Below are positions 1-9,019 of a stretch of DNA of 64,000 nt, piece by piece (position 1 is the stretch's first letter; the number at the start of each line of letters is the position of its first letter). Source of the stretch: a virus; the IMG/VR virus record IMGVR_UViG_3300033555_000001, positions 133,463-197,462 of that record; one strand, 5' to 3'. Under the pieces are notes generated by a model. That model had not been told where the DNA came from. It searched no databases and was given only the letters and a program-made list of their open reading frames with translations. Made by a program: the position numbers and the translations under genes.

Positions 1-463
1 TACTAATTTTAAAAGCTAAACCGGGAGCGCTAAACAGCTTTCCAAGTACTACTGTCCCTAAATTTTTAACTAGAATTCCAATATCGCCGGCTATTTGCCA
101 CCTAATGCCTGTAATAACTGCGCCTAACACTCCATCGGTGTCTCTTTCTATTCTGACTTCTTGATCGTGCGGTAACTTAAAATCGTACACGACAATCTCG
201 GGAACATTCATTCCACTTGAGAAAAGTTCTGGCGGCATAAGTCCGGTATGGTGCGTTATAAAAACACCCATTGGATTAAGCACATCAGAAAAATCTTCTA
301 GGACCGCAACTTTGATTTGGTTAGCTGATTGGCCCAGCTCACGTGATCGGAAAAAAGTACCACCGGCAGTTAGTCTAGCTCGAGTTGCAGATCTAGTTTG
401 CAGCTTAATTGGGCCAACTGGTGCGGGCTTGTAGGAATATAGCTTGGGATCGTTCAGCGCCAT
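1..463 (-). CDS. hypothetical protein, partial (runs off the window start)
   Basis: ATG at 463-461 overlaps the PAAR stop (TAATG coupling). The frame MALNDPKLYSYKPAPVGPIKLQ... is open to position 1. Not in the ORF track because it is truncated. Confidence 0.7.
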   Translation of the reverse strand, partial: MALNDPKLYSYKPAPVGPIKLQTRSATRARLTAGGTFFRSRELGQSANQIKVAVLEDFSDVLNPMGVFITHHTGLMPPELFSSGMNVPEIVVYDFKLPHDQEVRIERDTDGVLGAVITGIRWQIAGDIGILVKNLGTVVLGKLFSAPGLAFKIS

Positions 464-762
464 TATGACTCGATTGAAACGTCAGGAGATCCGGTTGTGG
501 CTACCCCATCGTGAATTTTTTTACCGCACTTGTGTGGAGCAATCTTTGTTACGCCAGTAAGGGCTACGGGCCTGTTGTTAACAAAAACAGTTGTGGACCA
601 GCCGCCAATAAAAACAGTTGGTGGAAAGCAGCCATGGCCGGTGGTAGATGGAGTCTCTTGAGTGGTGATGGGCAGCCCATTTGCAAAAACATTTGCACTG
701 CCGCCTGCGGCATGATCACCGCAACTTACACTGTCACCTATTCTTACTGTGTTTCCGCTCAT
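463..762 (-). CDS. PAAR-domain spike tip protein (T4 gp5.4-like)
   Basis: 99 aa with RIGDSVSCGD, GSANVFANG, HGCFPP, TVFVNNRPVA, H...H and GSPDV: typical PAAR repeats with Cys/His metal ligands. Confidence 0.9.
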   Translation of the reverse strand: MSGNTVRIGDSVSCGDHAAGGSANVFANGLPITTQETPSTTGHGCFPPTVFIGGWSTTVFVNNRPVALTGVTKIAPHKCGKKIHDGVATTGSPDVSIES

Positions 763-765
763 TCA

Positions 766-1344
766 TTATTTAGAATCCGGAGCCGGATCTGAGGCGGCAA
801 CGTTAATGGTATCAGTAAAACCTAGCCTGCACAATTCAAAAAACAGTTTTCCAGGACTTACGATTATGGACGGCAGTTGTATTCCGCCCGCAATAAGCGC
901 GCTGGCGCAGAGTTCACTGCATACCTGCCCAGTGCCCTTTCGCCCAATATCAGTGTTAAAGAATTCTTTAAGTCCTATTGAAACTAAATTGTATAAACTA
1001 TAAGGTTGAATGTTTACGCGACTCATGAGCGCCGGTTCCATGTCTGTAAAAAGCACTTTTGCGGAAGTTAGCTGCACTGTTATGCGGTGTGAGCTGTATG
1101 TGCTTAGCGGTAAAATACGCTTTCCGGCAAACATATTAGCCTCTACTATCATGAGGCGCTTTTCACCAGAGGGGCTCGTCATCCACAGCGCTACGCCATT
1201 ATGATATATTTCTGATCCGGTAAAAAACCAGATTCCGGAATACAAGAGAGACTTAAGAGCAAACTTTTTAGGTATGAACACGTGAATAATATCGCCGTTA
1301 GAAATAACCTCACGCGCTTCTTGGTAAGTGATTGTTCTAGACAT
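766..1344 (-). CDS. permuted papain-like NlpC/P60 (YiiX/YebB-like) hydrolase
   Basis: N-terminal NGDII, then YHNGVA (catalytic His first), EA, a PY motif and a C-terminal VCSELCASAL (catalytic Cys last). This is the circularly permuted order. Confidence 0.75.
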   Translation of the reverse strand: MSRTITYQEAREVISNGDIIHVFIPKKFALKSLLYSGIWFFTGSEIYHNGVALWMTSPSGEKRLMIVEANMFAGKRILPLSTYSSHRITVQLTSAKVLFTDMEPALMSRVNIQPYSLYNLVSIGLKEFFNTDIGRKGTGQVCSELCASALIAGGIQLPSIIVSPGKLFFELCRLGFTDTINVAASDPAPDSK

Positions 1345-1351
1345 AATAGAC

Positions 1352-2983
1352 TTATAGCGGTAAGGATTTACAATACGATCTTACTTGTTCAACTCTTCTC
1401 AGCCAGCCCGCTTTAAACGCTGCTTTAGACGGAGCTTTTTCTACTTTTCCGAGCAAATACGCCTTCATTGAATTACACACGGCGTCAACGGATTCAACGT
1501 CTGATAAAGCAGAAATATTAGCCCGCGTCAAAATTGTATTTGCGCCACCAAGCCCGCATAAAAAACCAATATTAAATATTGCAATCGCAGTACGTGGTTT
1601 ATCTTGAGCCAGCGCTGAAGGTCTTTTACCATTCCAGAATGAGCTGTATCCTGCGTCACGCGCCTGTTGGTACTTGACGTCTGTTACTTTAATGTTCTTG
1701 TTAAACACCTGCGCAATACCGAATTTTGTTTCACCGCCCGGATCTTTAGGATGATTTACATAGCCTACTTTTCTGCGCTGAGTTTTTGTACTGATTAACC
1801 CGTCGCTAACTTCTTGATCAGTAGGCGGCGTTGCCTGCCATGCAATTACTTCAGTAGCCATAGTGAGTGCCCACGCAAGCTCAAATAAATCAGTGGTGGC
1901 CGGTGCAGCTGTGATTGGCACAGCATCTACAGTGTTTGGGTACCCTGGCCCAAAGGGCGCGCATCCACCTGATCTGGCTCTGGCATTTTCAGGAGTGAGA
2001 ACGGCGTCTGATGTTCGTGTTTCCAACGACGTTGGATCCGCGGAGTTGTCTGCGTTAGTGCGCTGCGCCACAGCAAGTGAACCTCTGATGAGCGGCTCAG
2101 GATCAATCCTGGTATCATTTGGGAGGCGGCATTCAAAGTGCAGGTGAGCACCAGTGCCATGCCCGGTATTTCCTTCTTGACCAATCACTTGCCCAGCAAT
2201 AACTTTTTGATTTTGCGCTACCAGCATTGTGTCTAGGTGCATGTACACTGTAGTGCACAAGTGTTCGCCAGCCGCGTTAACGTGTTTAATTTTAATGTAA
2301 TTACCAGCGCCCCTGGGCTCAACCCCTTTAAACACAACCTCACCATCCGCTGCCGCCAATACGGGACCAAGCTTGCCGCCCTTGTAGGCAAAGTCGCAGC
2401 CCTTGTGTGGCTTGACGATTTTATCGTTGGGGTGTAAGCGTGCAATACTGAAGCGAGAAGTAACAACCGAGCCAGGAAGAGGGTGTATGAATTGAATACT
2501 GCTTGATTTGCTGCCAATTGCTGGTGAGAAAGTATAGCCGCGCTTATCAATTAACCCAGCGGCGTCTGAGGCCGAGACAACTATCTTAAATGTTTTGCCG
2601 AGATTTGGCGCAGAAAAAACACCAAACAGCCGAGCGGTAGGACCTGCTGAAGTAAATGCCACGCCTGACCATGTTGGTATTTCAGTAGACTCTGCATACC
2701 TAATTGACCAGGATGTTGGTGTGCGTTGCTCTCCGGCCGGCAGTGATTGTAGTTTGAAAGTAGTGTCTACGTTACCGGCGCTGTTAAGAGAAATAGAGGT
2801 TGTGTCTATTTTGTTTGCGACATTTCCAGTAGCGTCATGATGCATGCCAGTAGGATTGTTTGCGGTTGCCATAAAGCAATCCGCGGTTTCTCCTGGCAGC
2901 GGCTGATTGTCCTGAATGCCAGTGGCCCGGTCGGCCCCTGCACCCTGAACTACAACCGGCGGTTTAGGGCAGCAACCAGCCAT
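1352..2983 (-). CDS. multi-domain peptidoglycan hydrolase: N-terminal beta-rich domain + M23 peptidase + GH108-like lysozyme
   Basis: M23 motifs HKGCD, YMHL and GNTGHGTGAHLHFE. GH108-like GYVNHPKDPGGETKFGI and C-terminal FKAGWLRRV. Lies directly downstream of the spanins. Confidence 0.85.
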   Translation of the reverse strand: MAGCCPKPPVVVQGAGADRATGIQDNQPLPGETADCFMATANNPTGMHHDATGNVANKIDTTSISLNSAGNVDTTFKLQSLPAGEQRTPTSWSIRYAESTEIPTWSGVAFTSAGPTARLFGVFSAPNLGKTFKIVVSASDAAGLIDKRGYTFSPAIGSKSSSIQFIHPLPGSVVTSRFSIARLHPNDKIVKPHKGCDFAYKGGKLGPVLAAADGEVVFKGVEPRGAGNYIKIKHVNAAGEHLCTTVYMHLDTMLVAQNQKVIAGQVIGQEGNTGHGTGAHLHFECRLPNDTRIDPEPLIRGSLAVAQRTNADNSADPTSLETRTSDAVLTPENARARSGGCAPFGPGYPNTVDAVPITAAPATTDLFELAWALTMATEVIAWQATPPTDQEVSDGLISTKTQRRKVGYVNHPKDPGGETKFGIAQVFNKNIKVTDVKYQQARDAGYSSFWNGKRPSALAQDKPRTAIAIFNIGFLCGLGGANTILTRANISALSDVESVDAVCNSMKAYLLGKVEKAPSKAAFKAGWLRRVEQVRSYCKSLPL

Positions 2984-2986
2984 AAC

Positions 2987-3235
2987 TTATTTGCAGCTCT
3001 TAAGGGCCGCGCGCTGCTCGATTTCATAAGCGGTAGACAGCTCGCGATCACCCAACAAATCCCTGATTGCGTCAAACACCGAAGTATACGGCGGCTCGTA
3101 CTGATATGTAGGCTGCGCAGGATCAGGGGTAGCGCACGGTACTGCAATAGGAATATTCACTGTTTCGGGAATTTTTACCCCGCTTGTAGCGCAACCGCTC
3201 AAGAACACAGTTGCGACTAAAATTGCTAATTTCAT
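2987..3235 (-). CDS. o-spanin (Rz1-like outer-membrane lipoprotein)
   Basis: Start re-set to ATG 3235: MKLAILVATVFLSG-C lipobox, Pro-rich mature part, terminal Cys. Follows the i-spanin. Confidence 0.8.
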   Translation of the reverse strand: MKLAILVATVFLSGCATSGVKIPETVNIPIAVPCATPDPAQPTYQYEPPYTSVFDAIRDLLGDRELSTAYEIEQRAALKSCK

Positions 3236-3236
3236 A

Positions 3237-3602
3237 TTATGGCCTTTCGTTAACCAAATCCAACGCTGACTTACAATCATTGCCAGGCGTGCTTGGGGTT
3301 TTTTTGTAAATGATTTTAGCTTGAGCTTTATTTTTTGCTGCTAGAGCGGTTGCTTTTTGAACTTCAATTCTGCCAGCCTCAACACGAGCATCCGTGTCTA
3401 TTTTAAGCTGCGCAATGGCATCATTTTGAGACTTTAGCGTGGTTGACAAAATAGTGTTTTGCTGTGTCAAAGAGACTATTTCTTTGTTTAGGTTAACAAT
3501 TTTTTTCTTTAGCCCGTTAACGTATAAAAAAGCTGCACCCAGCACAAGAACAATCAAACCAACCCCAATTAGTCGGGTGTACAACGCAGACAATCCAAAC
3601 AT
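3237..3602 (-). CDS. i-spanin (Rz-like inner-membrane protein)
   Basis: One N-terminal TM helix, a long coiled coil and a C-terminal Cys. GGAGA SD upstream. Immediately upstream of the lipoprotein. Confidence 0.8.
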   Translation of the reverse strand: MFGLSALYTRLIGVGLIVLVLGAAFLYVNGLKKKIVNLNKEIVSLTQQNTILSTTLKSQNDAIAQLKIDTDARVEAGRIEVQKATALAAKNKAQAKIIYKKTPSTPGNDCKSALDLVNERP

Positions 3603-3627
3603 ATGTTTCTCCTATATTATTGTTACT

Positions 3628-3855
3628 CTATGCCGTATAACGAGCCACACCTGAATATGGCAGCGTGAAAAATATTGTTGTTGTGTTGTTATCAGCTGAC
3701 ATTTGAATATCGTACGGCATGAATTTCTGAACGGCGCCGTCGAATACCGAACTGATGTCGACAATAACTGGCTTACCAAGATTATGGCTAATGACCCATG
3801 TTGTTGCTGGAGTTGCTTGGACAAATGTAAAAACTGGCATTCCTGAGATAAACAT
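3628..3855 (-). CDS. small virion protein, single W-x-I-x-HNL module
   Basis: TWVISHNLGKPVIVDI... is paralogous to the N-terminus of 4373..5707. Confidence 0.7.
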   Translation of the reverse strand: MFISGMPVFTFVQATPATTWVISHNLGKPVIVDISSVFDGAVQKFMPYDIQMSADNNTTTIFFTLPYSGVARYTA

Positions 3856-4103
3856 TAGACCACCATAGCGATACCAGCTCGCGCAGATTGAAAGGTAACT
3901 ACGGCAGTTGTATTATTGACGTACGAAATACCAAATGGAATAACCCTTGAAAGATTACCATCAACCGTAATGTAGACGTCAATAATTGGGTAATCATACA
4001 GCCCGTGATTAATTGTCCATACTGTCGCAGGAACTGCTTGCGTGTGTTGATAGCAAGTAGCAACGCGGCTTTGTAGAATCTGCCCAGTTGATCCTGTACT
4101 CAT
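3855..4103 (-). CDS. small virion protein, single W-x-I-x-H module
   Basis: RVATCYQHTQ...WTINHGLYDYPIIDVY; clear paralogue of 5707..5952. Confidence 0.75.
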   Translation of the reverse strand: MSTGSTGQILQSRVATCYQHTQAVPATVWTINHGLYDYPIIDVYITVDGNLSRVIPFGISYVNNTTAVVTFQSARAGIAMVV

Positions 4104-4115
4104 TTTTAGTGCTCC

Positions 4116-4211
4116 TTAGATTAGACGAGCGTAACCAGCCGTAGAGGAACTAAACGTGGCTGTCATTTGATTATTACTATCAACACGATTAGCATTACTG
4201 TAAAACTTCAC
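4116..4211 (-). pseudogene. 31-codon internally deleted remnant of the 5961..6563 gene
   Basis: GTG start, MKFYSNAN-RVDSNNQMTATFSSSTAGYARLI*. It matches the first 8 and last ~23 residues of the 200-aa protein (MKFYGNAN...HNSNNQVTLTFSTAVSGYARLI). Confidence 0.8.
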
Positions 4212-4358
4212 GGTAATCCGTTATTGATTGGCACTGTGTGAAATTCATCAGATCTATTTACGATTATTTGCAATTATTTGCGGCATATACGAAGAAAGCG
4301 GCACTGGGCCGCTTTCTAATTACTTCTGAGTATTACTTAGACTGCAGCAAGACCCATG
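4187..4358. repeat. direct repeat copy 1 (partner 6539..6700)
   Basis: Near-identical ~165-bp block holding the last codons of the fibre gene (MGLAAV*), a terminator hairpin, the TAAATA motif and the start of the next gene. Confidence 0.95.
4293..4317 (-). terminator. intrinsic terminator-like hairpin
   Basis: AGAAAGCGGC-loop-GCCGCTTTCT, then TCG on the minus strand, downstream of 4373..5707. Confidence 0.7.
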
Positions 4359-4372
4359 CTCCTATATTGTTA

Positions 4373-5707
4373 TTATCCTAAGTTACTAAACAGCTGCAGT
4401 TGTCCTGCTTTTGTTGTGACAACGTTAGCTTTAGTGGTCCAAGTTACTCCATCAGGCGAACTCTGCAGCGCGAACTCTTTTGCGTGATAACCGCTGTCGG
4501 CGTTGAAGGCTTCCATTCTGATTGACCTTACGGTTGCAGCACTAGCAAACTCAAGTTCCCAAAAAGTTGGGATTGTCGCGTTTGGCCCGTATGGGTCGTT
4601 TTGCCAGTAAGTAATTGTATTGTTATCATTAGCGTTTGACGCCGGATATTGAGGAGGGGTTGTATTTGCAGAAGCGGTACCCACGATTCGCGCACCCGTA
4701 CCATCAGTTGACTCGTAGAACGAGAACTCGCGAATGATTTGGAGGTACGTGCCAAAATTGGCTTCCCAACTAGGTTGCGTTGCTAATAGTCTCCAGCGAG
4801 ATGCGCCACTAACCACTAGAGGGCCGTTAGTGTATCCGCCTGCTCCAATTGGAAAAAAGCCCTCAGGATAACTTCCAGCAAATCCATTTGTTGAGGCAAA
4901 CGACGAGGTTGGGTCAGCTACTAGTTTAAAACCATTACCAATGGGGAGTTGATAATCATTTGTTACGGCCCAAAGATTACCAAGAGAATCTTTTTGATAC
5001 GCAACTCCGGCGAGCGGACCGTCATACTTCATGCCATTGTGCAGCGTGGTCAAATACGAACCATTACTTTGTATACATCCACCTGCTGGCTGGGTACCCT
5101 CAGACCATGTATAAAGCCCACAAGGCGCATATGAGCCCGCACCAGGCGGCACGCTAAAGTTAATGCTTCCAGTGCCACCAGGACTGCTAATTTCAGCAAT
5201 AATCTGATTTGCAAATGGCGCGTAATTTCGATAGGACTGAGTGTACTTATTGCTTATTGCCAAACCACGCTCGTTGAGCAGCATATATTCTGGAATGTCA
5301 TTTTGATTAGCGTAAACATTACCGTTGTATCTACCGTAAGTTTCACCGGTAACAGGGTCAACAAACAGGGACTCAGTGAATTCAGCGCTAATCTGCTGTC
5401 GTGCTGATTGCACCTGATTTAAATCATGTTCGTGCTCGGACAACAGCACATAGTAATCTGTAGTTGGCTCAACAACATCGTAGCCGACAATCCTGGCCTC
5501 ACCAAACAGCGGGCTGGCAAAAAGAATAGTAGTTGTGTTTTGGTCTGCCGAAGTTTGAACCGCTAGCGGGGTAATGGGCTTTAACACGCCGTTAAGTGTT
5601 GCCAACACTGTTACAATTACAGGCCTGCCAAAGTTATGATTAATCACCCACGATTTAGAGGGCGGTCCTTGCACAAATGTATTGATAGGTAAGCCGGTTT
5701 TTGACAT
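4373..5707 (-). CDS. fibre/receptor-binding-like protein with an N-terminal HNL module and a C-terminal discoidin (F5/8 type C)-like domain
   Basis: N-terminal SWVINHNFGRPVIV. C-terminal ASNANDNNTITYWQ...WELEF...VRSIRM...FALQSSPDGVTWT is typical of F5/8-like carbohydrate-binding sandwiches. Confidence 0.7.
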   Translation of the reverse strand: MSKTGLPINTFVQGPPSKSWVINHNFGRPVIVTVLATLNGVLKPITPLAVQTSADQNTTTILFASPLFGEARIVGYDVVEPTTDYYVLLSEHEHDLNQVQSARQQISAEFTESLFVDPVTGETYGRYNGNVYANQNDIPEYMLLNERGLAISNKYTQSYRNYAPFANQIIAEISSPGGTGSINFSVPPGAGSYAPCGLYTWSEGTQPAGGCIQSNGSYLTTLHNGMKYDGPLAGVAYQKDSLGNLWAVTNDYQLPIGNGFKLVADPTSSFASTNGFAGSYPEGFFPIGAGGYTNGPLVVSGASRWRLLATQPSWEANFGTYLQIIREFSFYESTDGTGARIVGTASANTTPPQYPASNANDNNTITYWQNDPYGPNATIPTFWELEFASAATVRSIRMEAFNADSGYHAKEFALQSSPDGVTWTTKANVVTTKAGQLQLFSNLG

Positions 5708-5952
5708 TAGATCACCAGTGCCACGCCTGAGCGTGCCTCTTGAAAAGTTACGTTAGCCACAGTATCACTTACGTGGGATATTGATGCAGGAACAATTTTA
5801 GTCAGTGTTCCGGCAATATCAGTATAAACGTCAATGATTGGGAAATCATACAGCCGATGCTCAATTACCCAGGTTGTTGCTGCCGTAGTCTGTGTGTGTT
5901 GATACAGCGTGGCCACTCTTGGTGTAAGCTGGCCAGGTTTGTATGTTTTCAT
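5707..5952 (-). CDS. small virion protein, single W-x-I-x-H module
   Basis: RVATLYQHTQ...WVIEHRLYDFPIIDVY; paralogue of 3855..4103. Confidence 0.75.
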   Translation of the reverse strand: MKTYKPGQLTPRVATLYQHTQTTAATTWVIEHRLYDFPIIDVYTDIAGTLTKIVPASISHVSDTVANVTFQEARSGVALVI

Positions 5953-5960
5953 CTCGACCT

Positions 5961-6563
5961 TTAGATCAAGCGCGCGTAACCAGAAACTGCCGTGCTGAAA
6001 GTAAGTGTTACTTGATTATTGCTGTTGTGTTCTACAGTAAGCGGCTGCACTTCGTTGGTGCCGACAAATGCGCGTACGATTGGCTGATAGCCCAAGTTGT
6101 GCAAGATGACCCACGATGTAGCTGGTGCTGATTGGTAAAATGTAAACGCGTATGTTGGTCTGCTTGCACCATCTGCATGGCCAGTAAGAATAACAGCACG
6201 ACCAATTGCCAGCGCAGCAAGAGATACTTTTACTGAGTTTGGTGACAGTACTTCAATTTCGTCAGGAATAACAACGCGTGATAGCCCGTCGAATACTTGA
6301 ATTTGTACCGAGGTAGTATTTAAGTTGTGAGCAATAACCCATTCACCTGCAGCGACCGATTGGTTGTGTGTAAAAGAAGTAATTTCGCGGGTCATTGGTA
6401 CCCATACTGGCAAATTATCAGTAAGACTCAGGCAAATATAAACAATTTTGTTTACAAAGGCGATTTGACCAACCTTTGGTGATATTGGAAATGCTGTCTC
6501 AATTGGTAAAACTGCGTTTTGGAGTTCGTTCTGTTGTAGATTAGCGTTGCCGTAAAACTTCAT
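5961..6563 (-). CDS. virion protein with two HNL modules
   Basis: EWVIAHNLNTTSVQIQV and SWVILHNLGYQPIVRAF. AAGGA SD and TAAATA upstream. Confidence 0.75.
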   Translation of the reverse strand: MKFYGNANLQQNELQNAVLPIETAFPISPKVGQIAFVNKIVYICLSLTDNLPVWVPMTREITSFTHNQSVAAGEWVIAHNLNTTSVQIQVFDGLSRVVIPDEIEVLSPNSVKVSLAALAIGRAVILTGHADGASRPTYAFTFYQSAPATSWVILHNLGYQPIVRAFVGTNEVQPLTVEHNSNNQVTLTFSTAVSGYARLI

Positions 6564-6700
6564 GGTAATCCTTTATTAATTAGTAATGCGTGAAATTCAT
6601 CAGATCTATTTATGATTATTCGAGGCATATACAAAGAAAGCGGCACGGGGCCGCTTTCTAATTACTTCTGAGCATTACTTAGACTGCAGCAAGACCCATG
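6539..6700. repeat. direct repeat copy 2 (partner 4187..4358)
   Basis: Same block as copy 1, here in its native context at the end of the 676-aa fibre gene. Confidence 0.95.
6635..6659 (-). terminator. intrinsic terminator-like hairpin after the fibre gene
   Basis: AGAAAGCGGC-loop-GCCGCTTTCT, then TTG on the minus strand. Confidence 0.75.
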
Positions 6701-8709
6701 ATTACAACTTTACACGCAATTGCCGTGTTGAAAGTAACTTCCAATGAGTTAGCAGTCAAGAACTTGATGCTTTGTGGAATGACAACTTCGTCAGTACCAT
6801 CAACAACTGTTACGCTGCAGTACATCTGGCCAAGGCTGTGCGTTACGGTGTGTGTTGCTGCAGCGGTTGCGCCGTTGTACAAAAAGTACATTTTTCCAAC
6901 GCGAGCATTAACAGCAGTAACACTGGCAGTAAGTACGCCTTCAGCAGCAGTAGCACGTGTAACTTCCGACGCAAGATCAGTACGCAGTACGCCTTCAGCA
7001 GCAGTAGCACGTGTAACTTCCGAAGAAATAGCTGCTGCGTTTGTTGCATCACCAGCAATACGAGCTGCAACTTCATTTGCAATATCAACTGCAAGTACGC
7101 CTTCAGCAGCAGTAGCACGTGTAACTTCCGACGCAAGATCAGTACGCAGTACGCCTTCAGCAGCAATAGCGCGCGCTTCTTCCGTGTTAACGTCTGCAAT
7201 ACGTGCGGCCGTTTCTGCGGTGTCAGCGGCAGCGCGATCAGTTGCCTCTTGCATGATGGCAGCAGCATTTACGCCTTCAGCCGTTGTGGCACGGGTTGTT
7301 TCTGCAGAAATTGCGGCAGTGTTATCAGAAATTGCCGTTTGAGTAGCTGCAGAGACAGCAATAGCATCAGCAGTTACTGTGATGGAACCATCAGCAGCAA
7401 CAACATTAACAACATTACCAGTCTGCGTTAAACCATTACCAGCAGTGACTGATCCAGCGCCGTTAAACTGAACAAAAGATACTGCAGTAGTACCAACAGT
7501 AACAACTTCCGCCGTTTGTGTAAAGCCCAGATCGGCGTTAACAGCACCTTCACGAACATAAACGCTGGCTGCATTAAACTCTGCGGCCAAGTCCATGTCT
7601 ACTGAACGAGTCAGCGCGGCGCCTGTGCCATTGAAAACATAGATACCGTTTTCTGACAATATAGCTTGGGACCTAACCAACACGCGATCACCAGTAACAA
7701 GGGTTACACCGTCGTAGCCAGCAGCCGCAATAGCAAGATCTATGTTACCAACTGTTGCTACGCGAACTGGATTTTTCCAGGAGAGACCCTGAACACGTGC
7801 GTTAAAGTCGGCTTCAATCGCTGTTTCGCGTGAAGTTGCGCGCGAGATCTCAGTTGCCAGGTTGCTAGCAATTAGCGCTTCAGCAGCAGTTGCACGTGTA
7901 ACTTCAGCGTCGGTTGCAGCAGTTTGAGCAGTATCAGCGGCGGTTGAACGTGTAACTTCCGAAGCAAGATCAGTACGCAGTACGCCTTCAGCAGCACGAG
8001 CAGTACTTGCTTCAGCAGTAATAGCTGTTTGTAGTACCGTGTCAGCAGCAATACGATCTGCAACTTCAGTAGTAACACGACCATTGACCGTTGTTTCTGC
8101 CAGTGTAGCACGTGCAATTTCGCTAGCAATGTCAGCAGTAAGTACGCCTTCAGCAGCAGTTGCGCGGGTGATTTCAGAAGCTAGGTTACCGGCAATAACG
8201 CCTTCGGCGCCAGTTGCGCGAGTTGTTTCTGCAGAAATTGCGGTAGCATTTGTTGCATCACCAGCAATACGAGCTGCAACTTCAGTAACAATCCGACCGT
8301 CTAACAGGGAATCGGCTGCAAGACGTGCTGCAACTTCATCTGAGGTAGCAAGAACAGCTGCTGCAATCAGAGCTTGAATTTTTTCAAACAGATTTACTAC
8401 TGATGTTGCGGTTGCCAGGTTACCAGTATAGGCGCCCGGAGCAAATGTACCATTTGAGTTCAGGCCAACAGCAGCTTCGATAGCATCAACTTCTGCCAAC
8501 AGCGCAGTAGCGTCACCACCAGTAGCAAGTGGGATCCAGCTATCAGCAATACCGACATAGATAATGCCAGAACCGGTGACAAACAAGAGACGGCCGACGT
8601 TGCCAATTAGGCTGTTATGAACTGGTAGTACGCTTACTTTTTCAAGGCGAAGGTTTTGAATCTCTGACGCGCTTGAGCCGTCAAATACTAATGAGCCATT
8701 AATTTTCAT
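6679..8709 (-). CDS. long coiled-coil fibre protein (head or tail fibre)
   Basis: Ala/Thr-rich ~18-aa repeats (EVTRATAAEGVL...), a central WKNPVRVAT...GDRVLV...ENGIYV domain and a C-terminal HNL-like module. Confidence 0.75.
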   Translation of the reverse strand: MKINGSLVFDGSSASEIQNLRLEKVSVLPVHNSLIGNVGRLLFVTGSGIIYVGIADSWIPLATGGDATALLAEVDAIEAAVGLNSNGTFAPGAYTGNLATATSVVNLFEKIQALIAAAVLATSDEVAARLAADSLLDGRIVTEVAARIAGDATNATAISAETTRATGAEGVIAGNLASEITRATAAEGVLTADIASEIARATLAETTVNGRVTTEVADRIAADTVLQTAITAEASTARAAEGVLRTDLASEVTRSTAADTAQTAATDAEVTRATAAEALIASNLATEISRATSRETAIEADFNARVQGLSWKNPVRVATVGNIDLAIAAAGYDGVTLVTGDRVLVRSQAILSENGIYVFNGTGAALTRSVDMDLAAEFNAASVYVREGAVNADLGFTQTAEVVTVGTTAVSFVQFNGAGSVTAGNGLTQTGNVVNVVAADGSITVTADAIAVSAATQTAISDNTAAISAETTRATTAEGVNAAAIMQEATDRAAADTAETAARIADVNTEEARAIAAEGVLRTDLASEVTRATAAEGVLAVDIANEVAARIAGDATNAAAISSEVTRATAAEGVLRTDLASEVTRATAAEGVLTASVTAVNARVGKMYFLYNGATAAATHTVTHSLGQMYCSVTVVDGTDEVVIPQSIKFLTANSLEVTFNTAIACKVVIMGLAAV
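6931..7165. repeat. intragenic nucleotide repeats in the fibre gene
   Basis: 6931..7003 is identical to 7093..7165 (offset 162 nt, 54 codons). Related copies lie near 7945-7995 and 8140-8160. Confidence 0.85.
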
Positions 8710-8745
8710 TTAGAAGTCCTCAGTGGGTGAAATTATACGGGCGAA

Positions 8746-8973
8746 TTAAAGAATTCGCTTTGTTGCCGTGGTCAGTGCTTTGACCGCGTTGTTAAGTGCT
8801 ACGGGCTCTACTAATGCCTGCCCAAGGTTAAACTCAGTGAGATACTCCGTGTCAACGTCTGCAAAGCAGAAGATTCCGCGTTTCCCATCTTTTTCAATTT
8901 TGTCTAGCTTAAACCCTTTTACTTTAAGAGCTGCCGCCAACACAATATCGCTTGTTTCGAGGTGTTGTTTCAT
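8746..8973 (-). CDS. small hypothetical protein (DUF5659-like by recollection)
   Basis: Start re-set to ATG 8973: MKQHLETSDIVLAAALKVKGFKL...FCF. TAAATA at 9000..9005. Confidence 0.6.
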   Translation of the reverse strand: MKQHLETSDIVLAAALKVKGFKLDKIEKDGKRGIFCFADVDTEYLTEFNLGQALVEPVALNNAVKALTTATKRIL

Positions 8974-9019
8974 GAGTACGCCGTTATTTGGTATCCAGGT
9001 ATTTAGTATTATCTGGGTT

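Noticed and set aside
4187..6700. Repeat pair as a DGR template/variable repeat
   Set aside because: Mismatches are not confined to adenines, the repeat is mostly intergenic, and no reverse transcriptase is visible.
6931..7165. Repeats as a CRISPR array
   Set aside because: The units are in-frame coding repeats without unique spacers, and there are no cas genes.
6698..8377. Long plus-strand and alternate-frame ORFs over the fibre gene
   Set aside because: Antisense shadows of Ala/Thr-rich repetitive codons, with no SD or independent motifs.
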